DNA of 64,000 nt from Anthoceros angustus (GCA_010909165.1 VJWM01000016.1:1-64000), one strand, 5' to 3'. Shown: positions 52,155 through 63,937, numbered from the stretch's first letter. The notes: generated by a model from the letters alone, not told the origin. Numbers and translations: made by a program.

Positions 52155-54246
52155 ATGGGTGTGACTACTGACGCTTGGGCTGGATGGTACGAGCAAGACG
52201 GAACCAAAGAGCCCATCTCTGCGGGATCCGAGTTCACCTTCCTCATCACCGCTGCTGATGGCGTCACGCTCTCCGGTTCGGGTGTCGACGGTCTGGGCTC
52301 CTGGACTTGGAAAGGCCAGATCGATAGCAGCCGGGATGTGGTTCTTGAGAAGCGGTATGTAGGTGGCAAGCCACATGACCATGTCATTACCTACACCGGC
52401 ACCAGGAGTACGTCCGCTGCTGGCGTGGACACAATCGACGGCACATGGAAACTTGACTCCAATTCTGGCGCCTTCCAACTTCAAAAGCAGCCATATGTAC
52501 GAAGTCCTTCCCATTCTTCACTTGCATCTTTCCATCTTGGGCATTTCATGTCCTAGCTAGCTCGCATCTAGACTAGGCCCTCCTTTCATGGATTCTTTCA
52601 CCAGTTCCACTTGAGGCAAGAAACGTCCATGTCGGTAAATTTGCTTACTAGGATTTCTCGCTTCTTGCTGGTGAATCAGGCGCTGGAGGAGAGCTACACT
52701 GGCTACTACGAGCAGGACGGTACTCGGTACCCCGTGACCACCACCCTGTATACCACCCCCGACAACAAGATCTACGGCAGTGGCTCCGACGATCAAGGGA
52801 ATTTCACCTGGACCGGTATACCCAGCTAGGAGCTGTCTACGTTCTTACCAAGAAAATGTTTGAATCGGTTGCTTGTCAATGCGCGTGTGCGCCCTCCAGT
52901 GGGTTGGATCTGAGAACTCGTCAAATTCATGGTTGATGCTCTCCATCGGAGCCCCGCAGGTGAAATCGATCCTACTACCGGCAAAGTCACACTTCACAAA
53001 CTCTACCTCGACTCCACAGTATCGTTCGATTACACTGGCACTAAGTCTTTTGAGAATGGCCGGAATGTGATTAAAGGTTTGTGGGGCGATGCCTCTGCCA
53101 ACAACAAATTCTTCCTTGGAGTCGAGGTAAACCAAGCTTAAAACCCGAAGGCTAGCGCTGAATTCATTCGTTTTCTATATTCAGCTCCACACATTAATTC
53201 ATTTGCTTGCTGTAGACTTGCTTTAGATTTCTTGCAATAGCCACCTTTCGTGATTTGGAAATGTGGCAGGGGACGCCTTACACAGGACCCTGGACAGGAT
53301 ATTATGTGCAAGATGGGCACCAACACCCCGGCACCAATTTCACGTTGGATGTGGCAGGCTCCAGTTACACTGGCCATGGTTACGACGACGTCGGTGAATT
53401 CATATGGGAAGGTTTGTATAACCACCCACCTTCTTCCACTTGTGACACCCTTTGCTCTCATGACCAAAATGATGGATGAATATCTAAGCATGCCTACCTG
53501 CTTGCCTGCCTGCAGGTGAACTTGTGGGCAAGGACCAGGTCGTCCTCCGCAAGAAGTACCTCGACGCCAACGGCGCACCCAGCGCGAACCCCGACGTCCT
53601 CTACACCGGCACTCTAGCCTTCAAGGATGGCAAGCAGGTGATTGACGGCACCTGGAACGTCCCCGGCGACACCGCCACCGACCTGTTCCACTTCGAGCTG
53701 CCATCGCCTCCACCGGATGCACGGCCTTTCGGCATCCCCGTGTCCATCCGCTCCACAGGCACACCCAACGCCTATCTCCGCATCGACGGGTCCGGCGGGG
53801 GTGTGGTGAATCTGCAAGTGGGTCGATTCACCTTCGAGAGGTTCCAGCTGGTTCTGCAGGGCCTGACCGCCGACGGAGAGGAAGTGTACGCCATCAAGTC
53901 GCTCCTCTTCAACCAGTATCTGCACCTCGATCCCACTGTGTCCGAAGAACAGAAACCCAGTGCCGACACCCCCACCTTTCACCCCAAAGGCGTCGGCCGC
54001 ACTTACCCAGTCAAGACTGTGGATGAACTCACCAAGCTCACAGTGCGCTTGAACAGCGTAGACGGCTTCACAAGCCATTCCTTGAGGCTTCTCAACTCCG
54101 GCATCCCCGACCTTCCCAATGTCTTCCTCCGCCTCAACCCTGACAACATTGCTGCAGCCAAATCTGACAACGGAAGTGGCGAGGTGAACGGCCAGACTTA
54201 CATTGGCCCCTATGAGAGACTACTCATTGAGCCATATCCGTACTGA
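52155..54246 (+). CDS. Five-exon gene C: three ~100-110-aa repeats plus a fascin-like beta-trefoil domain (505 aa); exons 52155-52496, 52680-52815, 52960-53126, 53270-53411, 53516-54246
   Basis: All four introns are GT-AG with compatible phases (0,1,0,1) and the total is 1518 nt in frame. The motif (W/Y).G.Y.QDG...G.G.D..G...W.G...V.L.K.Y...Y.G...I.G.W recurs three times. An additional upstream exon is not excluded. Confidence 0.85.
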
Positions 54247-54449
54247 GATATAATGTATATAGCTCGGGGCTGTTGTGCTCTGCATTGTCAGGCAGAGCTT
54301 GGCCAACCCTTGTGAGTCGATGTGGAACATTTGGGTCAAGGGAGTTATATTCCTTACCCATTGTCTTGTAAGCAATACGCATAACCTACATATGACTTGA
54401 CTGGAAAGACAAGACGTTGCCACAAAATCAAGTAGACTATACAGCAAGA

Positions 54450-54554
54450 CTGCTCCTCAGCCCTGCTATGGTTGTGGGTGTCTCAATACCAAAACCCTGT
54501 TCTGCTCCTCAGCCCTGCTCTGGGTGTGGGTGTCTCAATACCAAAACCCTGTTT
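54450..54554. repeat. ~52-bp direct duplication downstream of gene C
   Basis: CTGCTCCTCAGCCCTGCT.TGG.TGTGGGTGTCTCAATACCAAAACCCTGTT occurs twice. Confidence 0.9.
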
Positions 54555-56599
54555 TGTCTGGTATTTATCAATGGCCACAACTATTGAGCAGCAGCACCAA
54601 CTTGAGCGTGAACATCTACACCCACTTTGGCGTGAATACCAACATTGCTTTCAAGACTGCTAACCCTCGCAGAAGCCACTGCACTCTTGAAACGTAAACC
54701 GTTCCCTTCACCGTCAACACAAACTCCACCCATGTCACTGCTAGCACCGTTAGCGCCTGTTCTGTCCCGATCACTCGGGAGAATCTTCCTCGCCTTGGCC
54801 AACTATGGCATACCAAAGCGGAGAGAGGGGACGGGGCACTTTTTTTCGCGCGAAACTCGTACAATACGCCACAATACGTAGGCATGTATCAGAATATACT
54901 ACCAAATCTAGTACGGATGTGCTACTCACCACACATGCTCATGTGTGCGCTTTGGCGCTCTCCCGAGCAAGTGACAATGTGATTCTATTGGTCTTTTTCT
55001 TGGGGAAGCCAAGATGTAAATTTAGAGAGAAGGAAGAAACAAGATCATACTCCAAACAGAAAGAGGGGATGGTGATGGAACATGCAAGCAGCCTTCACAG
55101 ATAGCTCCGCATATATTTAGGTGCCCTGAACATCGTTGAAACAACTTCAATCTCCACATCATGCCCAAGTTTTTGAACAACATCATGCTACTACCAAGTT
55201 TGGTACAAATTGAGACCTTGCATTCCAACCAGATTATTGTAGGTGGCCATCAGTTGATCCCAAACTGCATCCTGCACATGATGGTTGCAAACGTCCTACG
55301 TATCAGCTAATCCTTGAAGCTTGACAAGTCTGCAGGCTGGTACACCAGAACTTAATAGCTTCCTGTCATGCACAAAGAGAGTCACAACACCACCTATTGT
55401 GCCCTCAACTTCATGCGGGCTTCACGTCTTCTCTCCTTCACACAACTGCAATCCGTACAAGTAAAAACGACGGACCTCCACCAATCAGCCACAGCAGTGC
55501 CTGAACTTCTAACATCAGCACTCAGCCACAGCACCACATGAACTTCCAACATTAGCAACAATTAGCCAGTTCGTGAATGCTTTGATAAAGCTACACTTTG
55601 CTGAGGGCTCCATGTGTAAGAGTGCATATGTCCTTCAGTGTTTCCAATTTGAGATTTGTACTTTTCAGCTTCATGCACCATGTGTTAGGAAGCATAGTTG
55701 AAGGCATTCCTTGCGAATAATGTGATAGTTTGAATTGAAGAGGGTCTCTTGTGGTCATTCTAACAAAGCTATGACTGGCAGGAACCTGAGCAGGAAGAAG
55801 AGACTCAAAATGCAGATAAAGCTGCTGAGATGTTGAGGCTGCAAGCGACCAAAGACACGGCCAGGTTGCAAGAACGGATGCTATTCACTTGCCTAGGGGA
55901 AATGGCCTCGCAGTCGAATATGCAGTTGTGATGGGTATCCTTCGCCACATGCTGGATGAAGTGAAGCAAGCAATAGACTTGCACGCAGCTGCTGAAACAT
56001 AGAAGGCAACTCTTGAGTCTCCTATAACAGAAAGAATGAGATTTGTAGAGGGCAGTACCAGTACATCGCAAAATTGCACAGCTTGCATCATACTCTATTT
56101 CCTACTGCAGCCTTCCTATGGCGCATCCTTTGCCTCCCCTAACACAAAGCATACAAGAGCTGCTACTGCAACTTCAAGCCCTAGGGTTGAGGACCAAGCC
56201 TACTCCATGGCATCCTCCATGGCCTTCATGCTCACGCGGAGGCCGTTCAGCGTGGCCTACACTATCTGAGCGGTGCTCCGCGTCTCGCTCAATGTTACCC
56301 TCAGATCCTATTCGCCCGCAGCACCACCTCCAGAAGCCCGCGTTCGGGCATTGGGTGTTCCTGGCACCTGCCTTGCCCGCCACGCTTCCTCCTCCGACAC
56401 CATGTTTGACTCCCTATAGTCTCGCTTCCTCCCTCTTGTGCTTGCCCTCCGCGGAGTAGGGTCGTCTGTTCACTCTGCTCTCCCTCTCCTTCCAACATCG
56501 TCTCTGCTCCGTCACTACTATCAACTCCCTGGCTCCTCCTCCTCCTCCTCCGGTGTGCCACTGGATGCTGGCCTCCACCACCATGAGCTCGCGGCCTCC

Positions 56600-59310
56600 T
56601 CCGCTCCTCCCCTCCGCCTCACCGAGCCTTGAGTGCAGGCACTACTTCGCCCGTTTGAGATCCCGCGTTGGAATTGCCAATTCTACCCATACACCGCCTT
56701 CGGCAAGCGCACAGGCACGCTCCAATCCCACTCTCCCGCCGCAATTGCCGCCAGCACTGCTGGCGTTGGCTCTCCGTCTGCCGATTGCTCGGCGTCGGCC
56801 CCTCCGCACCATCCATGGCGGCGAAGGGAGTGCCACCATCGCCACGCCCTCGTTTGGCCTCAGGCTGGGCGGCGGCAACCATCGCCCTGCCACCACCATG
56901 CCGAGCTCGCCTCGGCGCTCGATGGGCGACCATCACATCGCCACCGCCAAGCTGAGCTCGACCTCGGCTTGGGCGTGGCGGCCATCGCCGCCGCCATGCC
57001 ATCCTTCACCCTCGGCTCGATGGCGGCGGCCATCGCAGCCCGGCATCCGCTATCCGCCGTCCCGACCTCGCCGGGGTTTCATTCACATTGGATGGCGGCT
57101 TCCTCCGGCCGCCATCGCTAGCCTCTGCGCCGCCAAGCCGCGGCGGCAGCCAGCCCGCCCTCAGGCGGCTCCGCTCCGGCGTCGCGGCGGCTTCCACCCC
57201 CTCCGGTGCCAAGGGGAGGCACACAAGGGGAGGGCACGGTGCCCTCCCCCTCAGGGGCGTGCCTCCACCTCGGCCCCGCCTCCATCGCCAGGGGAGGCAG
57301 TGCCCTCCCGGCACCACTCCTGCAGGCGCCTCCACCTCGGCGCCCCCACCTCCATCGCGGAAGGGCAGTGCCCTCCCCGCCTCCACGGATGCACGACCGC
57401 CCTGCACTTGCTGCCTCCATCGTCGGGGAGGCACGTTCCCTCCCCAGCGCCTCCCGTGGGCGCCTCCCCGCCAGCGCTCCCGCAACCAAACCACCCGCTC
57501 TCCTCCTCCATCACCCTCTCCCTCGCATGCGCGAGCTCAGCGTGTTTAAACCGCCTTGATCTTCGAAGCCACACGCCTCACCTTGCTCCTCCTCCTCCCT
57601 CGCCCTTCTCGCTCCTCCTTTGCTCCTTCCTGCTGCGCCTTCGCCCTTGCTGTCCCACAATGCTCACATCGCTATTGTGCATGGCGCCTCTGCATGCCGA
57701 GGCGGGGATGTTATTATGATGCAAAATCACCTTGCCTCCATCTCATTGCTGCGGCCCACAGGCCTCCCAATTTCGCCTCCGGCGAGCTATGCATCGACCC
57801 TTGCCTTTGGCGGTGAAGTTCTCGTCCAGTGCTTGGCATCTGCGTGCCATAGAAAAGAAGGCGAGGATTTGGGGCCCGTGAGGCTCAACGTGCCAGGCCC
57901 ACTCACGAGGCCCGTGGAGACAATCATCTCGTAGCCGGATCGGACCTCCTCCCCTCCGCCTCACCGAGCCTTGAGGGCACTACTTACGCTCTTCGTTGAG
58001 ATCCCGCGTTGGGCCAATTCTACCCATACACCGCCTTGCCCGCCACGCCTCCAATCCCACTCTCCCGCAATTGCCGCCCGGCCCCGCTGGCGTTGGCTCT
58101 CCGTCTGGCGATTGCTCGGCGTCGGCCCCTCCGCACCATCCATGGCGGCGAAGGGAGTGCCACCATCGCCACGCCCTCGTTTGGCCTCAGGCTGGGCGGC
58201 GGCAACCATCGCCCTGCCACCACCATGCCGAGCTCAGCCTCGCGCTCGATGGAAGCAGCCATCACACTGCCACCGCCAAGCCTGAGCTCGACCTCTGGCT
58301 TGGGCGTGGCGGCTCATCCATCGCCGCCATGCCATCCTTCACCCTCGGCTCGATGGCGGCCATCGCGGCGGCGCCGTCCGCTATCCCGCCGTCCCGACCT
58401 CGCCGGGGTTTCATTCACATTGGATGGCGGCTTCCTCGCCCGCCGCCGCTAGCCTCTGCGCCGCCAAGCCGGCGGCAGCCAGCCCCTCGCGGCTCCGCTC
58501 CGGCGTCGCGGCTTCCACCCCCTCCGGTGCCAAGGGGAGGCACCTGAGGGAGGCACGGTGCCCTCCCCGCCTCCCCAGGGGCGTGCCTCCACCTCGGCCC
58601 CGCCTCCATCGCCAAGGGGAGGGCACTCCCTCCCGGCTTTGCTCCTGTGAGCGCCTCCACCTCGGCCCCACCTCCATCGCCGAAGGGCAGTGCCCTCCCG
58701 CACCCGCTCCACGGATGCACGACCGCCCTCTGCACTTGCTGCCTCCATCGTCGGGGAGGCAGTGCCCTCCCCAGCGCCTCCGTGGGCGCCTCACCTCGGC
58801 TCCCGCAACCAAACCACTTCGCTCCTCCTCCATCACCCTCTCCCTCTGCATGCGCGAGCTCGCGTGTTTAGGCACCGGCGCAGTCTTCCAGAAGCCACAC
58901 GCCTCACCTTATCTGCTCCCTCCTCCTCCTCGCCCTTCTACGCTCCCTCCTTTGCTCCTTCCTGCTGTACTTGCGCCCTTCGCCCTTGCTGTCCACAATG
59001 CTCACATCGCTATTGTCCGCATGACGCCTCTGCATGCCGAGGCAGGGATGTTATTATGATGCAAAATCCTGCTTGCCTCCATCTCTGACTGCTGCGGCCC
59101 ACAACGGGCCTCCCAATTTACGCCTCCGCGGCAGGCTATGCATGCAGCCCTTGCCTTTGGCAGCTGAAGTTCTCGTCCCAGGTGCTTGGCATACTGCGTG
59201 CCATAGAAAAGAAGGCACTGAGGATTTGGGGCCCCGTGAGGCTCCAACAGCTGCACAGGCCCCACTCACGAGGCCCGTGGAGACAATCATCTCGTAGCAC
59301 CGGATCAGAC
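56600..59310. repeat. ~1.35-kb GC-rich tandem duplication
   Basis: The unit start CCTCCTCCCCTCCGCCTCACCGAGCCTTGAG occurs at ~56604 and ~57946, and the unit end CCCACTCACGAGGCCCGTGGAGACAATCATCTCGTAGC at ~57899 and ~59262. Confidence 0.9.
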
Positions 59311-59419
59311 CTCCGCGCGCTGCACCGCACCGGCCCGCCGAGGTATCCGCTGTCTGGCATTCCCGTTTTGGGGTGTTTGCTGCAATTCCAAGACGAGCAA
59401 GAGGGATGTATTTAACGCT

Positions 59420-59530
59420 TAGATTGACAAGTACGGCCCTATGGTGACGGTATGGCCAGGAAGTGTGTCCACCATTGTTGTGAGCAACAGTGCGGAAGTG
59501 ACAAAGAGTTTTTGTTTGGGCACAAGGTTC
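59420..59530 (+). repeat. Dispersed repeat family X fragment
   Basis: GTACGGCCCTATGG.GACGGTATGGCCAGGAAG.GTGTCCACCAT is the reverse complement of ~25760-25846. Confidence 0.8.
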
Positions 59531-59649
59531 CTACGGGCCTGGCATCCTCCATTTGGAATCTCTGTAACAGTTGGAGCACAAAGTGCTCTTGATCTTGATG
59601 GATATCAATGGAATGATTTGCATTAGACTTCAACAAGACTTTTGCACCA

Positions 59650-60123
59650 GTTGTAAAATCCACTTCTGTAACAATTCTACTTGCCATAGCTGCTCATTTC
59701 AATTTGACTGTCCACCAGCTAGATGTAAAAATAGCCTTTCTCCATGGACTACTTGAAGAGGACATATACATGTATCAACCTGAAGGATATGTCAAAAACC
59801 CAGCCAAAGTCCTTAAGCTCGTAAAGACCCTGCATGGTTTGAAGCAGTCTTCCAGGGCCTGGAATGAAGTATTTCACCAGGTTGTTATTGAGCTAGGTTT
59901 CTTTTGCCTTGATGTCGACACTAGTGTCTATATTCTGTTTGAAGGACAAGATTTCAACATACTTTCTGGCTATGTAGATGATAACTTCCTTTTTAGTACT
60001 TCTACAACTTTGATGGACAAGGTCAAAAGTGTGGTTTTTGCCCGTTTTCAGATGAGTGACCTTGGAGAGCTTTCCTTTTCATTAGGGGTTCAATTCCACT
60101 TGACTGTACTCTTTTGCAACTAA
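59650..60123 (+). pseudogene. Isolated copia reverse transcriptase fragment
   Basis: HQLDVKIAFLHGLLEEDIYMYQPEGY...LKLVKTLHGLKQSSRAW...GYVDD...MSDLGEL. Confidence 0.92.
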
Positions 60124-60679
60124 TCTGGCTTTGTATCTACCTATGCTGCCATCAGTATTAAGCTTCTTTTTAAACACCCACTTGCACGCAACAAGTTTAC
60201 GACCAGAGGTAAATCAACTTCTTTCCATGTCTTATTTTGAATGAGAGAGGAGTATTCAGACTCTATTGCCTTCTTCCATTGCTATGCCTCAGGTTGCATT
60301 CTTCCATTGCTCTTGCCTCAGGGCCTTCTACTGCTTCCCTATAGACGGCATGTTCATCTAAGGAAGCAGCAGCATTTAGGATAAAATCTTGAGCAAGAGG
60401 GTCAGCACTCACCATACCTACGACATAATCTGGTTTCCACTCTTCAATGGGACGACGAAGCCTTGTTGAATGACGTAGGGGAGGGGCTTCTATGGGTTCC
60501 GGTTCATCCGCAACTACAACTTCTGATAGTATTCAACATCAGGAGGCAATTGCTCAGCTACGTAATAGTTTGGGTCGACATTTAAATCCGTAGTTCTGAC
60601 GGAGGTGCTTGAAGCTTATTTCTTGTTAATGGCTGTGTGGTTGTTGAAGTGTTGCATTAGCGGGGCTTCGGATACACTA

Positions 60680-61230
60680 TACCGCTTAAGTCTCACAACG
60701 AGAAATGCCGGCACACCAGGCTGCCTTTCCTTGAGATTGTGCTCCCAATATCATACCAGAGATTCGGCAGGCAGGCGAGGCAGATATGAAAGAAGCACCG
60801 GATTCCACTGTCCCAGTGCTAGGTAGGGGAAAACCGGTTCTCAGTTCTCACTCTGCTGGTCCCAATCATCTTTGGGAAGGTGATTCTGGTTTGGTTTGAG
60901 CAGTTACTTGCCAGTTGCATCCAATGCATCCACGTGTGAGTTCCGGGCTGAGAATATATCAGATTGCATCCAGGGGCTGGAGGGTCGAAAAGCAGGCGAG
61001 ATTGCCGACTGCCTGACATTAAAATTGATTACCAAGTCATTTGTTTTCGTACACATCGAGGATTAAATCCCTTTTCTTCACTCGCTGGTGAGCCCTTAAA
61101 GAAGGCTCACAAGGAGAAGTGCAAGCAGGCGAGATTGCGGATTGCTGACATTTGAGTTGGTCATCAAGTCCGTCGCTTGGATTCCAAGACATATCGGGGA
61201 CTAAATCCCATAATTTTCTGCGCTTGGTGA
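60680..61230 (+). repeat. Dispersed repeat family X, copy 3 (blocks permuted)
   Basis: 60683-60765 matches the reverse complement of 25185-25280, and 60800-61210 matches 48110-48420. Confidence 0.85.
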
Positions 61231-62329
61231 GCCCCAATGAAATGCGGTGACGGCGTACCTTTCCTTGAAATAATTGTGCTCTACCGACAGGGAATCCAGC
61301 GGCGAGGCGGATATGCGGGTCCTACATTGTTGTATGCTCGAACTTCTCAAAGCTTGCAGACACCACAGGCGGCGCCATTCGATTCCGCGAGCTAGTGAAC
61401 GGGAAGGAGCTACGTCAGATGGGTGTGTATGCGGGGATGGGCCTGTGACCCAGCATATCCTCGAGTCTCTGCTGCATACAGCGGAAGGCCGTGGTACTAG
61501 AGAGCCTGAATGTCCAACGTCCTGGGAACATCGGCAGGAGGAAAACATTCGAAACACTTCCAACATTTTACGCAAGCAGGGTAGGTGTTGTGCGAGGGGA
61601 TGTACCGATGAGTCTGTACCGATGAGTCTGCTGCCCGTTAGGTACAACCACCGATCTGGAGAGTGTGTAAAGGTAATGGACCCCAGCCCTAGCACCAACC
61701 CCTACCATGATCAAACATGAGAGTACTTTAAGAAGAATTCGCCATCCAGGGCCCCGTTGAGTGACTAGTGATATCTCCTCCATTTTTTGGGAGCTTCCAT
61801 ATTGGGAGGTAGGCTTTTGCTCTGGTTTTTGTTTAGGCTTTTTTTGCTTTTGTTTTGGCTTACTGTTTTTGATTTTTTTTTTAATTTTTTTTTATGTTCC
61901 TAGCATTTGTTGATTCGTCACTTGATGGACCCTCTGCTTTTTTTAATTTTTTTTTGTGTTCCTGGCGTTTGTTGATCCGTCACTTGATGGACCCTCTGCG
62001 AAGAATGTAAGCGAACAAATCTTGAAATATGTGACTGGCATTTGCGAAACCCTTGGTAGCCGTCGAGATCTAGAAGTTACTAATACAAAAAATCCTCGTT
62101 GGTGGCTTCAAGAAGACTCAGATGGCTCAGTGTGTCCGAATTGAACCTGTCCGTGAATTTATACCCCACCCCCTGCCTAGGACCTAGGATTTGGATTTGC
62201 CCCTACTCAACTCCGAAACGTATGGGACTGAGAACTTGGGCTCGACACCAACTCCAACTAAACAATTGAAAGCCATATCATTAGGTGGTAGTAAAGTACC
62301 AGGAACGGAGTAGGAAGTGAAGGCGAAAC

Positions 62330-63937
62330 TCAAACGTCCGCAGCTCCCCTGAGGCTCAGAGGGGACAGGCCAGCATGCGCAGAAGACCAGGTGGAGGTGA
62401 CGATGGTGAAGGCAGTAGCGCCATCCAGAGTGTAGGCGCCGTTGAAGGAGAAGAACTGGTTGGCGACCTGCTTGCCCTGGACGTTAGCGATCTTGTACGC
62501 AGCTTGGCCGGATTGGGTGGTCTCGTAGAAGTACCACCAGATGCGCGTTCCGTACACCTTGGTGGTGTCCACCACCTGAGAGTCCCGGTTATTGGAGAGG
62601 AAGCCATCGCTGTAGGAGTTGAACAAGGTGACGAGGTTGGGCCCCGCGGAGTCGAAGCCCACCTGCCACCAGGTGCCGGGGTAGTTTTTGTCCGTGGTGC
62701 CTGCCACTCCGGCGCCGGCAGCGTAGGCGTACCAGGTGGTGGTGCCCACAACGTAGGCGAGCTGGATGGGACCCGTGCCCACCCGGCCCCTGATGTCCAC
62801 CGTGCCGGCCGGAGGAGGCGTCGCCCAGGTGACCCCGGTCAGGGTCCAGGCGGTGGCCCCCTCTTTTGTGTACACGCCCGTGGCCGACAGGAATTCCTTG
62901 AACACCTGCTTCCCGAGGACGTTTCCGATCTTGTAGGTCCCGGCGCTGTCGATGGTGGGGTAGAAGTACCACCACACGCGGGTGTCGTAGTTGTGGTTCA
63001 CGTTCACGACCTGGACGTCGCGGTTGTTGGATAGGTTGGCGTTGGTGTAGGAGTGGTAGATGGTGACTGCGGTGCGCGCGGGGCCGGCGTCGAAGTTGCC
63101 CACCGTCCACCAGGTGCTGGGGTGGTTCTTGTCCGTGGTGACGCCCACGCCCTCGCCCGTGGCGTAGGCGAGCCAGGTGGTGGTGCCGGACACGTAGGTG
63201 AGCTGGACGGGGCCTGTGCCGACCTTGTCGCGGATGTCCACGGTGCCCGGGGGAGGGACCGGGTCCGGGGAGGGCACGATGGTGAAGGCGGTGGCCCCGT
63301 CCTGGGTGTAGATGCCGTTGAGGGAGAAGAACTCGTACAACACCTGCTTGCCCAGGGCGTTGCCGATTTTGAAGGTGCCGGTGCCGGCGCTCGTCTCGTA
63401 GAAGTACCACCAGATGCGCTGCTGGTATGCCTTGGAGGTGTCCAGCACCTGGGCGTCGCGGTTGTTGGAAATGTAGGACTGGTAGCCGAAGGAGCTGTAG
63501 ATGGTGACGGCATTGGTTGGCCCGGAGTCGAAGCCGATCTGCCACCAGATGCCCGGGTAGGTTTTGTCCAGAGTTCCGGCGAAGCCGCCGCCGTCGGTGT
63601 ACAGGTAGTAGGTGGTGGTGCCCACCAGATAGGTCAGCTGGACGAGGCCGGTGCCCACCCTGCCCCTGATGTCCGAGGTGCCGGCTTTAGCAGCAGGAGG
63701 AGGAGGGGGAGATGGCGGCGGCGGGGGGCTTGGAGGAGGAGGCGACGGCGGCGGGGGAGGCGAGCTAGGAGGAGGAGGAGACGCAGATGGCGGTGGCGGG
63801 GAGGGAGTAGGAGGAGGAGGAGAGGCCTTGGGCGGAGGAGGACTTGACAATCGCTGAGCCTCGGCATCCATGGCCAGGCCGAAGAGCATAGCCACCAATG
63901 CCACTGCTCCCACAACCCGCAGCCTGGAGGTCGCCAT
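62330..63937 (-). CDS. Secreted Ser-Pro-rich protein with 3 repeats of the ~145-aa probable beta-trefoil domain (gene B, 535 aa), paralog of gene A
   Basis: MATSRLRVVGAVALVAMLFGLAMDAEA signal peptide, SPPPP tract, repeats starting DIR at 63673, 63238 and 62797 (spacing 145 and 147 aa), no stops or frameshifts. Confidence 0.92.
   Translation of the reverse strand: MATSRLRVVGAVALVAMLFGLAMDAEAQRLSSPPPPKASPPPPTPSPPPPSASPPPPSSPPPPPSPPPPSPPPPPSPPPPPAAKAGTSDIRGRVGTGLVQLTYLVGTTTYYLYTDGGGFAGTLDKTYPGIWWQIGFDSGPTNAVTIYSSFGYQSYISNNRDAQVLDTSKAYQQRIWWYFYETSAGTGTFKIGNALGKQVLYEFFSLNGIYTQDGATAFTIVPSPDPVPPPGTVDIRDKVGTGPVQLTYVSGTTTWLAYATGEGVGVTTDKNHPSTWWTVGNFDAGPARTAVTIYHSYTNANLSNNRDVQVVNVNHNYDTRVWWYFYPTIDSAGTYKIGNVLGKQVFKEFLSATGVYTKEGATAWTLTGVTWATPPPAGTVDIRGRVGTGPIQLAYVVGTTTWYAYAAGAGVAGTTDKNYPGTWWQVGFDSAGPNLVTLFNSYSDGFLSNNRDSQVVDTTKVYGTRIWWYFYETTQSGQAAYKIANVQGKQVANQFFSFNGAYTLDGATAFTIVTSTWSSAHAGLSPLSLRGAADV

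Noticed and set aside
55000-56100. Possible gene or transposase remnant
   Set aside because: Short protein-like pieces on both strands are broken by stops, with no recognisable motif.
56553-57719. 388-aa ORF and neighbours as genes
   Set aside because: Pro/Arg/Ala-rich translation of very GC-rich DNA, and the frame is not preserved in the adjacent duplicate copy.
59650-60123. RT fragment as the missing half of the copia at 15000-25184
   Set aside because: Opposite strand and ~35 kb away, with no linking LTR homology.
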